Source: Squalus acanthias (lineage: Eukaryota). From it: DNA of 64,000 nucleotides. Numbering within the stretch: position 1 is the first letter of the stretch; the number at the start of each line of letters is the position of its first letter. Below are positions 1 through 12,312 of the stretch, piece after piece. The notes below the pieces were generated by a model, which was not told the origin of the DNA, made no database searches, and saw only the letters and a list, made by a program, of their open reading frames with translations. The stretch lies in the NCBI GenBank assembly GCA_030390025.1, contig CM059431.1, positions 117,244,001-117,308,000 of the forward strand, in the 5' to 3' direction. Both the position numbers and the translations under genes were made by a program.

Positions 1-7
1 ATAAAAA

Positions 8-146
8 CTTGCTGGAAATACTCAGCAGGTCAGGCAGCATCTGTGGAGAGAGAAACAGAGTTGACGTTTCAGGTCCTGAAACGCTAACTCTGTTTTTCTC
101 TCTCCACGGATGCTGCCTGGCCTGCTGAGTATTTCTGGCTTTTTCT
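8..146. repeat. Palindromic miniature element made of two inverted Penelope terminal-repeat halves
   Basis: gctggaaatactcagcaggtcaggcagcatctgtggagagag... is followed by its imperfect reverse complement; the same sequence forms the end of the Penelope element at about 10460-10560. Confidence 0.7.
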
Positions 147-459
147 GTAATCACTTCATTGGCCACTTGTCTTTGGTGCTACACTTATTGCTATTTCTAA
201 AGTGTCATTGCTATAGCAAATTACTGCATCAAATTGTATTACTGCCACTCTGATGATGGATGAAGCTGATATATTAACACAATGTGCCACAGACTGTTGG
301 GATGGAGGTTTACTCCCGAGTTCGCCCACACAATAACCTAGCTGCGCTTTCAGAGGAGGCAGAGCGATGAGGTGAACCCATCTTAAACAGGGAAAGATAA
401 ATTGATGAATATTAAATTCACAGTGGTGTAAGGATCTTCTGAAAATTAGCAGAAGAAAG

Positions 460-935
460 AAAGCATTTTATTTGTACAGCACCTTTCCCACATGACAACA
501 GTGACTACACTTCAAAAGTACTTCATTGGCTGTAAAGCACTTTGGGATGTCCTGAGCTGTATAAATGCAAGTCTTTCTTTTTTCTTTTTACCTTATCAAG
601 TCTTGAAGAAATTTCTGAAGGCACTTCACGTACAATGAATGACTTTGAAGTGCAGTGACTATTATTACATAGCAGCCATTTTGCACACAAGAACCTAGAA
701 ACAGCAAGGAGTTGAATGACCAGTTAATCTATTTTTGGTGGTGTTGGTTGAGGGAGGAATGTTGACCAGGATATCAGGAGAACTCCCTGCTGTTCTTTCC
801 ATATTGTCATGAGATTGTTACGATCCACCTCAACCACTAGACCGAACAGTCATCCTTGGTTTAATATCTCACCTGAAGGTTGGCATCTCCAGCAATGTAG
901 TGCACCCTCAGCATGGCCCTAGAATGTCAGTCTAA
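460..935 (-). mobile_element. Degenerate Deu-domain-type SINE fragments with L2-like tail
   Basis: Similar (partly reverse complement) to the SINE copies at 57420-57875 and 53560-53865; boundaries approximate. Confidence 0.5.
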
Positions 936-1011
936 ATTATATACTCAAATTGCAGGAAAATTACCGAATAAATTTGGTAATTCATTTGCTGCCTGAGTTC
1001 TTAATTAAAGT

Positions 1012-1432
1012 GCCACCTTGGCTCAGTTGGTAGGACTCTTTATCTGAGTCAAAAGGTGTGTGTTCAAGCCCTATTATGAATGAGTGCATAATCTAGGCGG
1101 ATACTTCAGTGCCAGTCTGAGAGAATGCTGCATTGTTGGAAGTGTAGTCTTTCAGATGAGACGTTAAACCAGGATCCCGTCTGCCTGTTCAGGTAGATTA
1201 AAAGATCCCATGGGACTATTTGAAGAACAGCAGGGAATTCCCCATGTCAACATTTCTCCCTCTACCAACATTATCAAAAAAAGAATGATTATCATTGTTC
1301 ATTTGTTATTTGTTGGACTTTGTCAATTTGTTGTGTGTTTGCCTTCAGAACAGTGACTGACTTCAAAAGTAAACCATATCTTGTAAAGCACTATGGGATG
1401 TTCTTAGGATTTAAAGTTTTATATAAAAGCAT
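1012..1432 (+). mobile_element. tRNA-derived SINE with Deu-like central domain (SacSINE1/AmnSINE-like)
   Basis: tRNA-like head (tggctcagttggtag...gttcaagcc), core gtctttcagatgagacgttaaacc, L2-like tail; homologous to 57420-57875. Confidence 0.65.
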
Positions 1433-3307
1433 GTTTGTTCTTCCTAGAGAATGCTGTATAGGGACCCTAAAAAGCCCCAGAATTGTAATTAAAATTTGAG
1501 GACTAAATGTAAATGAAACAAATGTTCTTAACAGTGCTGTCCATAGTGCCTAACCATGCCTAGTTGGAAGGCTCCTTTAAATAAACACGTTGCGAAGCTT
1601 TTGTGCATGTAGAGCACAGAATCGTGACTTTAACTGATTTTTAAATTTTAATATTTTTGCCATTAAAAATATAGAAAATGGAGGAACAAAATATTATCAT
1701 AAGCTTACGATGCCCATTGATTGGTAAAGCATTCTTCATTTGTGATAAATGACATGCATCGAGCGATTCTGTAACAAACTCAACAGATTGGGCCCAGTGA
1801 TTTTTGTCTCTTTGTGTGTGTGTTTCAAGGTAAGAGGTGATGTGTTGGCGCAGGGATCATTTTTCACTTTGCCCCTACTGACAGCATTAAGTAGACTTCA
1901 AGGTCAGGTATGTGGGACGGCATATTTACAGTGCAAGAGGTGTCCCAACTTGCATGTGGTGGTGCAGATTAAGATTTTTTGTAATTTACAACAGAAAATA
2001 ATGGCAATCTCATTCCACAGGTACAGTTGTCAAATGTAATTTAATGCAGCTGCAATTATAATTAGCTGCTAATGAGTCTACCCCTTTGCAGAGGGTAGGT
2101 TCTCTGGTCAAGAAAAAACTACGTAGACATAATGGGGTAAGCTGGGGATCATCTCTTGCTTGTATTAGAGCTGGAGAGATGACTCAGCTGCTTCTCTCAA
2201 GGTTAGTCAAGGAAATGAAAGCATGACATTCATTACAAACTGAGAATGAAGGTATTGGCAAGGACATTAAATCACTCCAAACGAATCATATTATTTTGCA
2301 AAGAAATTCTCTGCCTTGCACAAACTGGAACAATCTAAGCCAAAAGTAATGCAGGATTTCAAAAATCTTAAAAGTGCACTGAAAAATAATTCCTGTCATG
2401 TAATGAATGGATTTTAAATCCCTAACCTGACCATTTTAAATTCAATTGTGTCAACTCTGAACAAATCGCTTCTTTAAGTACAATTTTACTGCTACAAAAT
2501 ACTGCATTATCTTTAGTTTATATGTGACTGAATTGGTCACCCTTTACTATAAATTTTAACATAGCAGATTATATGATTTAGTTGATACAATCTTCCTTAA
2601 ATTACTCTAATAGTACGCTTAACTGTTAGAATAATAGTGCTTGATGCTCTCCTCTTCTCTTCTGAAGGCACTGTTTTATGCCACGGTGCAGTTTTGCGGT
2701 TGTTAGCAGTTGTCTCGCATCTGGTCCAAGTGGTCATTCTTCATGTGAGGTGCATCATTGAAGAGTGGAAGGCCATTTGACCATGGGGTTCATCGTGGCT
2801 GAGTCTATCTTCTTCTCATCTGATGCTCACACATGCACTCCATTTCAGCAGGTGATCAAGAGTATCATTAATGAGGAAGTCATAAGACATTCTGCAGCTG
2901 AACAATCAAATCGAAAATTGAGTGTTTTATGCCAGAACTTTATTACTGAACTTAATGAAAGGGAAAATTTCGACGCATCACCACGTAGGCAGAGGCTCGG
3001 GAGTAGCTCAGAGATCCAGCCATAACAGAGCATACTCTATGGAAAGGAGATAAAAGGAAATAAATGATGTTGATTAAGCTAGTTAACAAATTGATGGCTA
3101 TACTTTTCTACTTTTAAGGAAACCATCCAGTAGTGCTGGATTTAGAAGGTGTAAAATTAATTTTCCAGGGAGGTATGCCGCATCCACCCCAGAAACTTTT
3201 GATGCAATATCTTGTTTTATAGCTGCTCATTCACCTAACTAGCTCAATTTATGGGTTTCAGATTTAAAAAATATTATTCTAAATTAAATTCTGTGTTTTC
3301 CTATGGA

Positions 3308-3490
3308 AGGGTAATGGATGCAGATTCAATAGTAACTTTCAAAAGAGAATTGGATAAATACTTGAAGGGAAGAAAATTGCAGGGCTATGGGGAAAGAGCG
3401 GGGGGAGCGGGACTAATTGGAGAGCTCTTTCAAAGAGCCGGCACAAGCTCGATGGGCCGAATGGCCTCCTTCTGTGCTATAAGATTGTAT
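3308..3490 (+). mobile_element. CR1 LINE 3' end fragment
   Basis: ADSIVTFKRELDKYL is a typical CR1 ORF2 C-terminus, followed by the 3' UTR gatgggccgaatggcctccttctgtgct. Confidence 0.8.
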
Positions 3491-6400
3491 GAAATGTAAC
3501 TGATGCAGAATTTGTCAGCGATTGCATTACAGCCACTTCCAGCATTCACATTTCAGAGCAACTTCAAATGCGTGCTTATAAAAGCCTCCAATGAGAGCAA
3601 GTTCTGAGCTAAGTCTCTTAAAATTCAATGAGTCTGTTTTTAAATTATTGAGCTGGCATTGCGTGCTCATGGAGAGACATGATGGAAGCACTAATAGCTG
3701 TAGAAATAAATCTTCCTGCTTCTGGAGGGTAAATTGTTAAAGTCAATAATGGCATATGATCGAAATGGTGAAGCTGGAGGGCTCCTTCCAGATAATATTG
3801 CGTAGACCATAACTAATAGTTAGGAGCAGATACTGGAGCTTCATTTCATTTCAAAGATAGTGTAGTTGTCCTGTATAGTAATTAAACAGTATACAGATAA
3901 GAGAAATGCACCCCCAATAAATCTGGCGGTTGGAATCCTGCCCATAATCCAGCCTCTCCCGATGTAACTGTCACTGACGTCCTTTCCATACCCAGGAGTT
4001 TCGGGTCTGGTGTGCACATCTCACAAGGCTGTTCACAAGTGGGCTACCATATGAATCTTGGATGATAAAATTCAGGAACCATTTTCAATCCATTAGGGGC
4101 AAGAATGCAAACTACACTGTATGAGTGATTGCAAGTGTTTATACAGATTTATCGTTCTGTGCTCCAACAGACATATGGTCTTTGTGAGAACATGCTGTCC
4201 TGCAGTGTAAGGTAAGAGAGCATGCAGAGCTTGCTGATTTCTTTTTCCTGCATTAGCAGCAGTTCAGTGAGAGCATCAAACCTAGTACAGCTGTCAGTGG
4301 AACACATGGAGCACAACTCTGAGCCCTTGGGTATAGTGTGGACAACATCTCAGGAAGCTCCTCCAGAAACAGACCACGGCATTTCACAGCTACCAGCATC
4401 CGCGCCCCACCTCACCCCACCCAAAGCCCCTTTCCTGGAGACCCCTGAACGTGGAGTGAAGCAAGTACCCACACTTGGTAGCACCCATTTTCATTATGAT
4501 GCACATCAATCTTGACGCATAAATGCGCCATTCCACACATCACAGTTCTGCACAGATGCTCCGTTAAGTCACAGATACATTAAGGACACACATAGGCCTG
4601 CACAGAGAAATAAACATTGCCACTAATTAAAATATCATGCTGCCTATGCCTGTTGTGATAGATTCACAGGCTCATGTTGATGCTGGTGCTTCTCAATCCT
4701 GGTTGGGGGTGGCGGGGCGGGGCGGGGGGGGGTGTAAAAATACTGTTGCCCGCCACTTGCACTGGTTCCTGCTAATCATCGACAGACTGCTTGCTGATGC
4801 TTCTATCATTGGCAGTATTGTGCAGCGTACAACCCACTGTCATGATATTAGCAACTTCTGAGGGACATACATGAAACTTCCACCAGATGGTTAAGGCACC
4901 TGAACCACTGTTTGAGCAGACCAGTTGTTTTCTCGATACACATCCTGGTCCAGGCATAGGCTTCATTGTATCACATCTTAGCCTTGAACTGAAGTGTAAT
5001 GAGCCACGTTTGCATTAATGTTCCACATCTCCTGGCATCCTGTCATCAAACCTCTGCTTCGGAACAGCTTGCTAATGTTGGATTGGCATGTAATGTATGA
5101 ATTCTGGGTACTCTTCAAAATTGCAGGTTCCCCTTTTAACCTTCTCACAATCACTTCATTAATTGATAAGGAAAGAATGCTATGACCTCACATCTGTGCA
5201 CCTCTTAAACATATTTAGATAATATAGCTATTTTCTATTGGATTATAATAGAATATTACTACCTCTAGGCTAAATACTATTGTTTTTAAAGATACAAGAG
5301 GGACATTGTTAAAAAAAATATAAACTGCAGTAATGAAGGAGGCCCTGACTTAATGCAGACTGTTGCAAAATGCATGCAAGACATTCTCGTTATAACAAAA
5401 AATATTCTGGTAGATCGCTGGAGAAATGATTCAGTGCTCATTAGTCCTAATTTGCATTTTTAATTAACAGTGATCATTAACAAAATGTACCGCAATCATG
5501 AGGTCCTTTGGGTATACCTGCTTGCCAGCATTTAGCAGTAATTAGCACTGTTTAAAATCACTTAAATGAGGAGTTGCTTAGAAGTTACTGGTGATTTACA
5601 GACTGTAGCAAAAGTAATGCCAGTTGTAAAATGCACCAAAATATACTTGGTGCCGATTGATTTGAGTTCATATAAATCATACGCTCTTAAATGTTCTGTC
5701 AGATTTAAAACGAGCTGATTTTTTAAAAGATGGCTGTATACATTCCTATGGGGGCATGTCCCTCATATGGTTGAGAAAACAAGACGGACAATCTGTGTTC
5801 CCAAGTTAAAAGTATGGTAAGAGGTGAATGAATGGGTAAATACTGCTCAGTTAGCTTTCCTTCCAGGTGCAGCACAACTAACATTGAGAACTCAGCAGAA
5901 TGGTCAAGATCTATTTGTGTCCCTCCATTCCATAATGCCTTGTCCTGGAACTGGCAGATTCAACAGCTGCCAAGCTTATTTTTCCAACTACAGTAAGAAG
6001 CTGGACTGGTACCAGGTGACACTGAAGACGGCCTTTGCTCTCCCCCTCTGACTGTAGTTCCATACTATTAATTGCTAATTTCTGTAACTTTAGTTTAATC
6101 ACTCCTCTTTTCACCTAACTAACGGGCTTCCAAAACAGATAACCCATTCAGTAACGCAGATGCAGCCGTATTGATGTACTCAATCATTGCTACTTCAGTG
6201 ATGTCACATCAACATCTGCTCTTCCCACCAACACTAATGTTAATCTCCGTGGAATTAAAGCTTTATTCATTTTAAACACATTACAAACAGCTTTGAACTG
6301 ACAAAACAAATTCTATTTTTTTTTTTCATTAACTACAGTGAAATTAATTCAAATGAATTTTTTTATTAAATCACAGATTATTCAACAACAATAACATTTA

Positions 6401-6599
6401 TCTAGCATTCCTCACACCAAATAAATGGCATCAGAATGGCAAAGAAAGATTTCAAATTGAATATGGCAAGAGAAGTGAAACACAATAATATATATATATA
6501 TTTTTAAAGAGTACAAGAAAAATAAGGAACAGAGTGGGGTCACTGAAAGTGGAATTGGGTGAGGGCATGACAACTGATGTTACACAGGCTGCAATGCAC

Positions 6600-6976
6600 T
6601 TCAGTCCCACGCTCCTGATCTTTGGTCACCTGGTATGGGGGGGGGGGGAGCGAGCAGATCGGGGGACCTCCTCGTAGGACTGCTCCTGAGCCTGGCCAAA
6701 GTGGCCATCAACTGGTCCAGGCAGCGGGCGGTCGAGGGGGTCGTTCGGCCCGACTGCCTGCCTCTCTTCCGTGGCCACGTTCGCGCCCAGGTGGCCCAGG
6801 AGATGGAGCACGGGGTGTCCGCCAGCACGCTCGAGGCCTTCCGCGACCGGTGGGCACCGCAAGGACTGGAGTGCATCATCACCCCCGGCAATGGAATTTT
6901 AATGTAATTTATTAAGTTTCCTTTAATGTTTTAAGCTACAGTTTATTTGTTTACAGCATCACCAAAAAGAGTACAC
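6600..6976 (+). mobile_element. Tx1/L1-clade LINE 3' fragment
   Basis: Peptide LLLSLAKVAINWSRQRAV...LEAFRDRWAP; homologous to 48575-49240, which retains the upstream Cys/His zf-RVT-like segment. Confidence 0.65.
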
Positions 6977-7139
6977 AGGCTGCAAAAGTGCTAAATAAGG
7001 TTTTTGCCTCTATTATTACCAAGGAGGTATACAGGTGGCTTATTTGGGCAGGGAACCTAGAGTGTTTTGCACAGGCAAGTTGTGACACTATTCACATTCC
7101 TACCAGTATGGTTGCCAAACAGCTGTGCACACTTATGGT

Positions 7140-7950
7140 AATTAAATTTCAAGGGCCAGATAAGATGCATCTCAGGATTTTTAAGGAACTGAGAGGAAAT
7201 TGCAGGAACCCTGGCACAAATCTTCCATAAATCACTGAATACTGGAGAGGTGCCTGGTGAATGGAGAAAGGCAGATGTTACTCCTATTTTTAAAGAAGGT
7301 GGCAAAAGTGACCCAGCAAACTACAGAGCAGTGAGTTTGACGTCCACTGTGGGTAACTTTTTGGAAACCCTTATTAAAGAGAATTTCATAGAACATTCGG
7401 ATAGAAATAAAATTATAAACGGTAGCCAATATGGGTTTGTGAAGGGAAGGTCTTGCCAATCTAATTTATTTGTTTTCTTTGAGGGTGTGACAAAGGAGCT
7501 TGACCAGGGTAAGGCAGTGGATGTGGCATGTTTGGGTTTCAGTAAGGCCTTTGATGCAGTTCCTGTGGAAAGGCTGGTAATAAAAATAAAGTAGGAATCA
7601 GTGGGAATATTTTCGATAGGATGCAGAGGGTTGTGATAGAGGTATTGTCATCGGCCTGGGAGAATGTTACCAATAGATCCCACCGGGCTCTGTTTTGGGA
7701 CCTCCTTTGTTTAATATCTTCATGTTAATCTGGAGCCAGCTGTCACAGTGACTGAAAAACAAGATAAGCTACAGGAGGATTTGAATAATCTTGGTCATTG
7801 GGCAGCCAGGGGGCAGTTAAAATTCAATGTAGAGTAATACAATAAGCTCCACATAGTCCATTCCTGTAGTTTTTGTTGCTATTACTTAAATGGAAAGAAA
7901 TAATGTGTATGGAAAATGAAGGAGATCTGAGGGTACTAATTGACAACTAA
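7140..7950 (+). mobile_element. Degenerate CR1 LINE ORF2 (RT) fragment
   Basis: PGEWRKADVTPIFKEG..DPANYRAVSLTS...QYGFVKGRSC..DFSKAFD-like motifs with stops and frameshifts. Confidence 0.85.
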
Positions 7951-8232
7951 TCTGCAGAAACATTAGCCTTGATTTTAACTGGGCCCAGGGTGAGGGCAGT
8001 TAAAATAAGGCCAGTCACTTACCTCCTCTGATCCGGCTGCCTTCTAGCCATGTCCCAAGCTAAATATGCTCTTTTGAGGAGGCGACTGGGACACCCGCAG
8101 GAAGGCAGTGGGGTCCTTTTTTAAATATGCAGATCAGGTCTGATGATGTCATCAGAACCGGGTCTGCAATTTTAGTTGTTTTCTTTCTCCTCTCCTTTTT
8201 CTCCCCTCTCTCCAGACACCTCAGCAGTAGTC

Positions 8233-8262
8233 GTGGTGGTGGTGGTGGTGGTGGTGGTGGTG
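8233..8262 (+). repeat. (GGT)n microsatellite
   Basis: About 10 GTG/GGT units read directly. Confidence 0.9.
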
Positions 8263-8365
8263 ACCAGTGTCAGTCTCCTCCTCTTCCTGCTCCCAGAGAC
8301 CACCTCTCCTCCTCCCTCTGAGGCAGCTGTACAGCCAGCAAGGCTGAGAATGAGGTTTCAGACAA

Positions 8366-8492
8366 GTGTACTCTTTTGGTGCACACTATAAACAAATAAA
8401 CTATAAATTAAAAAAAAACATTAAAAAAAAATTAACAACTGAAGTTAAAATTTGGTTGGCCGGTGTGATGATGCACTCCAGTCCCTGCGGTG
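8366..8492 (-). mobile_element. Short Tx1-like LINE 3' end
   Basis: Reverse complement matches 6855-6976 (PQGLECIITP, tail caccaaaagagtacac). Confidence 0.65.
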
Positions 8493-9376
8493 GCAATTTT
8501 AGTTGTAGGCCTGAGCAGGGGAGCAGTGATGGCTTCCCCATCAGGCAACCCTGTCGGGAGCCAGATTGTGAGCCAGAAGAGGCCCAGAAAGTACATTTAA
8601 AAGGAGGGATAGGAGTGCTCCTCTGAGCCCCACAGGAAGCCTTGGGCCACCCATCTCCCGATTGCAAACAAAGCCTTCCCCCTCCCCTGATCATGGCCAG
8701 ACACCCCCCACCCACTGCCTGGCGGGGACCAATTCCATGGGTCCCTGGCTGCGGCCTCCTGCCGCCAAATTCCCACTCCCGCCCACCGGCCAGGTAGTCA
8801 ATCTGGCCGGGTGTCGGGCGGGACTCTGAGAAGATTTATTTAAATGAGGTGCTACCATTTAGCTCGACAGAGCCTCCACATCCCCGACCTGTCCGGGTGT
8901 GTCGCACGCTATTGGACTTGCGCGCACCCTTCCTGACCAGCTTTCCACCATGGGGGGTTTTCCTCGCCTCATGTCAGGGTATTTTGTAAACCGATTGATT
9001 GCCATGATTAGTAAACCACTCCATTATTATTGTTTCCTGCATCTATCAGGATTATAGAAATCAATGGACTGTGGTCTTTTTTCATCTAGCAATTCCTACC
9101 AGTTGAAAAAATGTCACTATGCATACTGAGGAATAAAAATCACCACACCATTTTGTGTATCTTGCCACTAATTCCCTGTTATTACTGTAGGTGGAAGGTG
9201 AGCTGCCTGTGACTGGAACAAATAAAGGCACATAACCTTTTTTTTTAAAAGGCATTTAGCTCTTTCTCCTAAGTTTGTACTTAAGATAAAGATAGCAATA
9301 AGTAAAGGTCATTTAGCCCACATTACTTGCTTCATTCATTACTACTTGCCCTGGCCAATACCAACAGGAAGATCCT

Positions 9377-10096
9377 ATGGGATTGAGAAAAGCAAGAAGT
9401 AAATCTTCCGACATGTCTTCCTTTTTCCTCAACCGAGGATTCCCCTCTACTGTGGTTGATACGGCCCTTGACCGTGCCCGTTCTATTTTCCGCACTTCTG
9501 CTCTCACCCCTTCCTCTCCCTCCCGGAACCACGATAGGGTTCCCCTTGTCCTCACCTTTCACCCCACCAGCCTCCACATTCAATGGATCATCCTCCGCCA
9601 TTTCCGCCACCTCCAGCGTGATCCCACCACCAAACACATCTTCCCCTCACCTCCCCTTTCAGCATTCCGAAGGGACCGCTCCCTCAGCGACACCCTGGTC
9701 CACTCCTCTATCACCCCCAATTCCCTTTCGCCCGGCACCTTCCCGTGTAAGCGCAGGAGATGCAACACATGCCCTTTTACCTCCTCCCTTCCCACTGTCC
9801 AGGGCCCCAAACACTCCTTCCAGGTGAAACAGCGATTTACTTGTACTTCTTGCAATTTAGTATACTGTATGCGCTGCTCACGATGCAGTCTCCTCTACTT
9901 TGGGGAGACCAAACGCAGATTGGGTGACCGCTTTGCGGAACACCTCCGTTCAGTCCGTAAGGGTGACCCCGAGCTTCCGGTCGCTTGTCACTTTAATTCT
10001 CCGCTCCACTCCCACTCAGACATCACTGTCCTCGGCCTCTTACACTGTTCCAATGAAGCTCAACGTAAGCTCAAGGAACAGCACCTCGTCTTTTGA
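9377..10096 (+). pseudogene. Penelope ORF C-terminal fragment (RT thumb/linker plus GIY-YIG endonuclease)
   Basis: 239-aa ORF with the GIY-YIG signature VY...YFGET.R.L..RF.EH; the RT core is missing. Confidence 0.8.
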
Positions 10097-10567
10097 TTCG
10101 GCACTTTACAGCCTTCTGGACTCAACATCAAGTTCAACAATTTCAGACCATAACCTCTGCCCCTATCATTTTTTTCCATTTTTCTTTCTCTCTCTCACAT
10201 GGCAGCTGTCTTTCATTCTGCCATCGCCATTTACACCTCATCTAGAGCCATCTTTTGTTTCTTAACTTGTCCCATTACCATCTCCTTTTGCCTTGCACCA
10301 TCATCCCTTTTGTCTCGTAATCTCTCCTGCCTTCCATCCTCTCACAGACCTTCCCTTTTGTTCTTTCCTCCCCTCCCCCCTTTCCCTGCCCCAACACTTG
10401 CTTAAAAACCTGTTCCATCTCCAGTTTTTTCCAGTTCTGACGAAGGGTCATTGACCTGAAATGTTAACTCTGTTTCTCTCTCCACAGATGCTGCCTGACC
10501 TGCTGAGTATTTCCAGCATTTTCTGTTTTTATTTCAGATTTCCAGCATCCGCAGTATTTTGCTTTTG
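9403..10567 (+). mobile_element. 5'-truncated Penelope-like element (GIY-YIG endonuclease region plus terminal repeat)
   Basis: ORF with RVPLVLTFHP, CxRxRCxTC and VYCMRCSRCSLLYFGETKRRLGDRFAEH; pyrimidine-rich 3' region; hammerhead motif. Confidence 0.85.
10431..10471 (+). ncRNA. Minimal hammerhead ribozyme motif in the Penelope terminal repeat
   Basis: CTGACGA (10437-10443), stem II AGGGTCA/TGACCT, GAAA (10458-10461), then TGTTAAC; Penelope elements are known to carry minimal hammerheads. Confidence 0.65.
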
Positions 10568-11682
10568 TAAGAAGTACATCTGCTTTTTTTAAATACAGCT
10601 CCTGCTGGCTATGATAAGGAAATCTTGGATTCAGCATGCTTTCTGCAGTGAGACCTCTATAATTTATTCTCCCAGGTTCTAGCACTGTTTTTCATAGAGA
10701 TTTTTTCCCCCAATTTTGCTGTGGAAACTTAAACAGATAATTAGTTCTTGCACTTGTTTTATGTTAAGTCTGTTGAAAGGCCTCAATTATCTTGAACTAC
10801 AGGGGGATATAATCCTTACCACGGGGCCTAACCTTATTATTTCTCGGGAGCACTCTGTTAAATTTAAAACATGGGGAAACTGATGATGCATTTTTAAAGA
10901 AAAATATGATAGAGCTGTAATGCAGAGAAAGTATAAACACTGTCCATATAAGTAAAAGAGAACTGACATATTTATGTCAATATCATGATATCCAATAAAT
11001 TGCTGGAAATATATGACTACATCTAGAAAGAGAAATTATTTCTGTGGAAATCCTTTTATTAAAATTCAAGTAGAGACCCTTTGCTCGTCTGTTGAAGGGC
11101 CTCCAGACAAAGAATTTAAACTATTGTTTTGTTCTTTTTAGGTGTTGATGAACCTACATCCAGCTTTCACTGCTTTCATTTTAGATTTTCCAGTAATTTA
11201 CACATTATTTCTTTTTAACCCATGATGACACATTATTACATTTATATTACATCATTAGATATGCTCCATAATTTTCCTCGAAGAGTATTCCAATAAATAG
11301 GATTAAAAGAAACTCCCTTTATCAAAATTAGAGTTGGGCTTAAGCATAAAATATGCAGATATGAAGAGGAGGACAAAAAGAAATAAGTTCAGCCAAAGAT
11401 TGAAATGTGAGGTTCTTAACATGGCTTTGTATTGTAAGGGATTCTGACCCTGCGTGTCTCGCAGCCTGTGAGATTCACGCGGCTCTGTGCAGCCTGTATG
11501 TCAGTGCGGGTCTAGGCCTTGTTGCCTGTTCTGGTCTCCAGCCAGTCTGGGAACACTAGACACACCTGTGAGTGGTTCGAATCACTCTCCCTTACGGTTC
11601 TAGACACTGGACTTAGATGCGAGAGCAGTAATGGAGATGAAACTCATGTAGACTTGGTTTGAATGGTACGAAATGGAAAATC

Positions 11683-11688
11683 TTTATT
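11683..11688 (-). terminator. LTR polyadenylation signal AATAAA (also at +7757 and +15514)
   Basis: tttatt on the + strand; conserved at the equivalent position in related LTRs (39094-39099 and 41682-41687). Confidence 0.7.
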
Positions 11689-11892
11689 GCATGATACTTA
11701 AGATTATGAAATACATGTCATAAGCACAGATTAATGACAGTACAATCTTACAAACAGTTATATAGTCGATCTTAGGGAAACGAGGAACGAACGGCACAAA
11801 GTAAATAGGGGCACACATTACAAATATCCTTAATCCTTAAACCTCCCCTATCAATATCTATCCTAAAACTAGATTCGTAGGATTTCGAGACT

Positions 11893-11904
11893 CATGCTCA
11901 CCAC
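11893..11904 (-). promoter_or_regulatory. Putative major splice donor in the LTR R region (TG|GTGAGCAT)
   Basis: TGGTGAGCAT is retained in all three LTR lineages (also 38879-38888 and 41835-41844) despite divergent surroundings. Confidence 0.55.
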
Positions 11905-12277
11905 TCGTGATAACTCGGAGAAATTCCGAATAGCTGATCGGATGTTTTTCACCGCAGCACCCACGTGTCGGTCAGGAGATCTCCTGGTCCCACTTGTTTA
12001 CTTGCTTTTACTGCTCCGGCTAGCAGGCTGGAACGTCTGCTGTGATGAAGACCTGTGTTGGTTGGTTTAACAGGTACTCTTCGAGCACAGTTGTCGATAT
12101 CGTCGATACGATATGGCTTTCACATTCCAGTTACTTTGGGCACAGTCCAGTTATCATCGATGCAATATGTTTCGTTATAAGTTCGAAGAAGTCTTCCCAG
12201 CGAGGAAAACGTGGATAATCGACCTACAGGCGCGGTCGGGATTTACTGACCGTGGCGATGGATATGGTCTTCCTCTC

Positions 12278-12312
12278 TTCTCATCTCATCTCATCTCATC
12301 TCATCTCATCTC
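12278..12312 (+). repeat. (TCTCA)n pentanucleotide run inside the LTR
   Basis: tctcatctcatctcatctcatctcatctcatctc, same length in all three LTRs. Confidence 0.85.

Noticed and set aside
2765..3060. Possible host exon (QVIKSIINEEVIRHS... on +, or an acceptor-led frame on -)
   Set aside because: Strand is ambiguous, no recognisable protein, and no consistent partner exons.
11560..11600. tRNA gene suggested by GGTTCGAATC
   Set aside because: No cloverleaf, D-arm or A-box; reported only as a hairpin/B-box motif.
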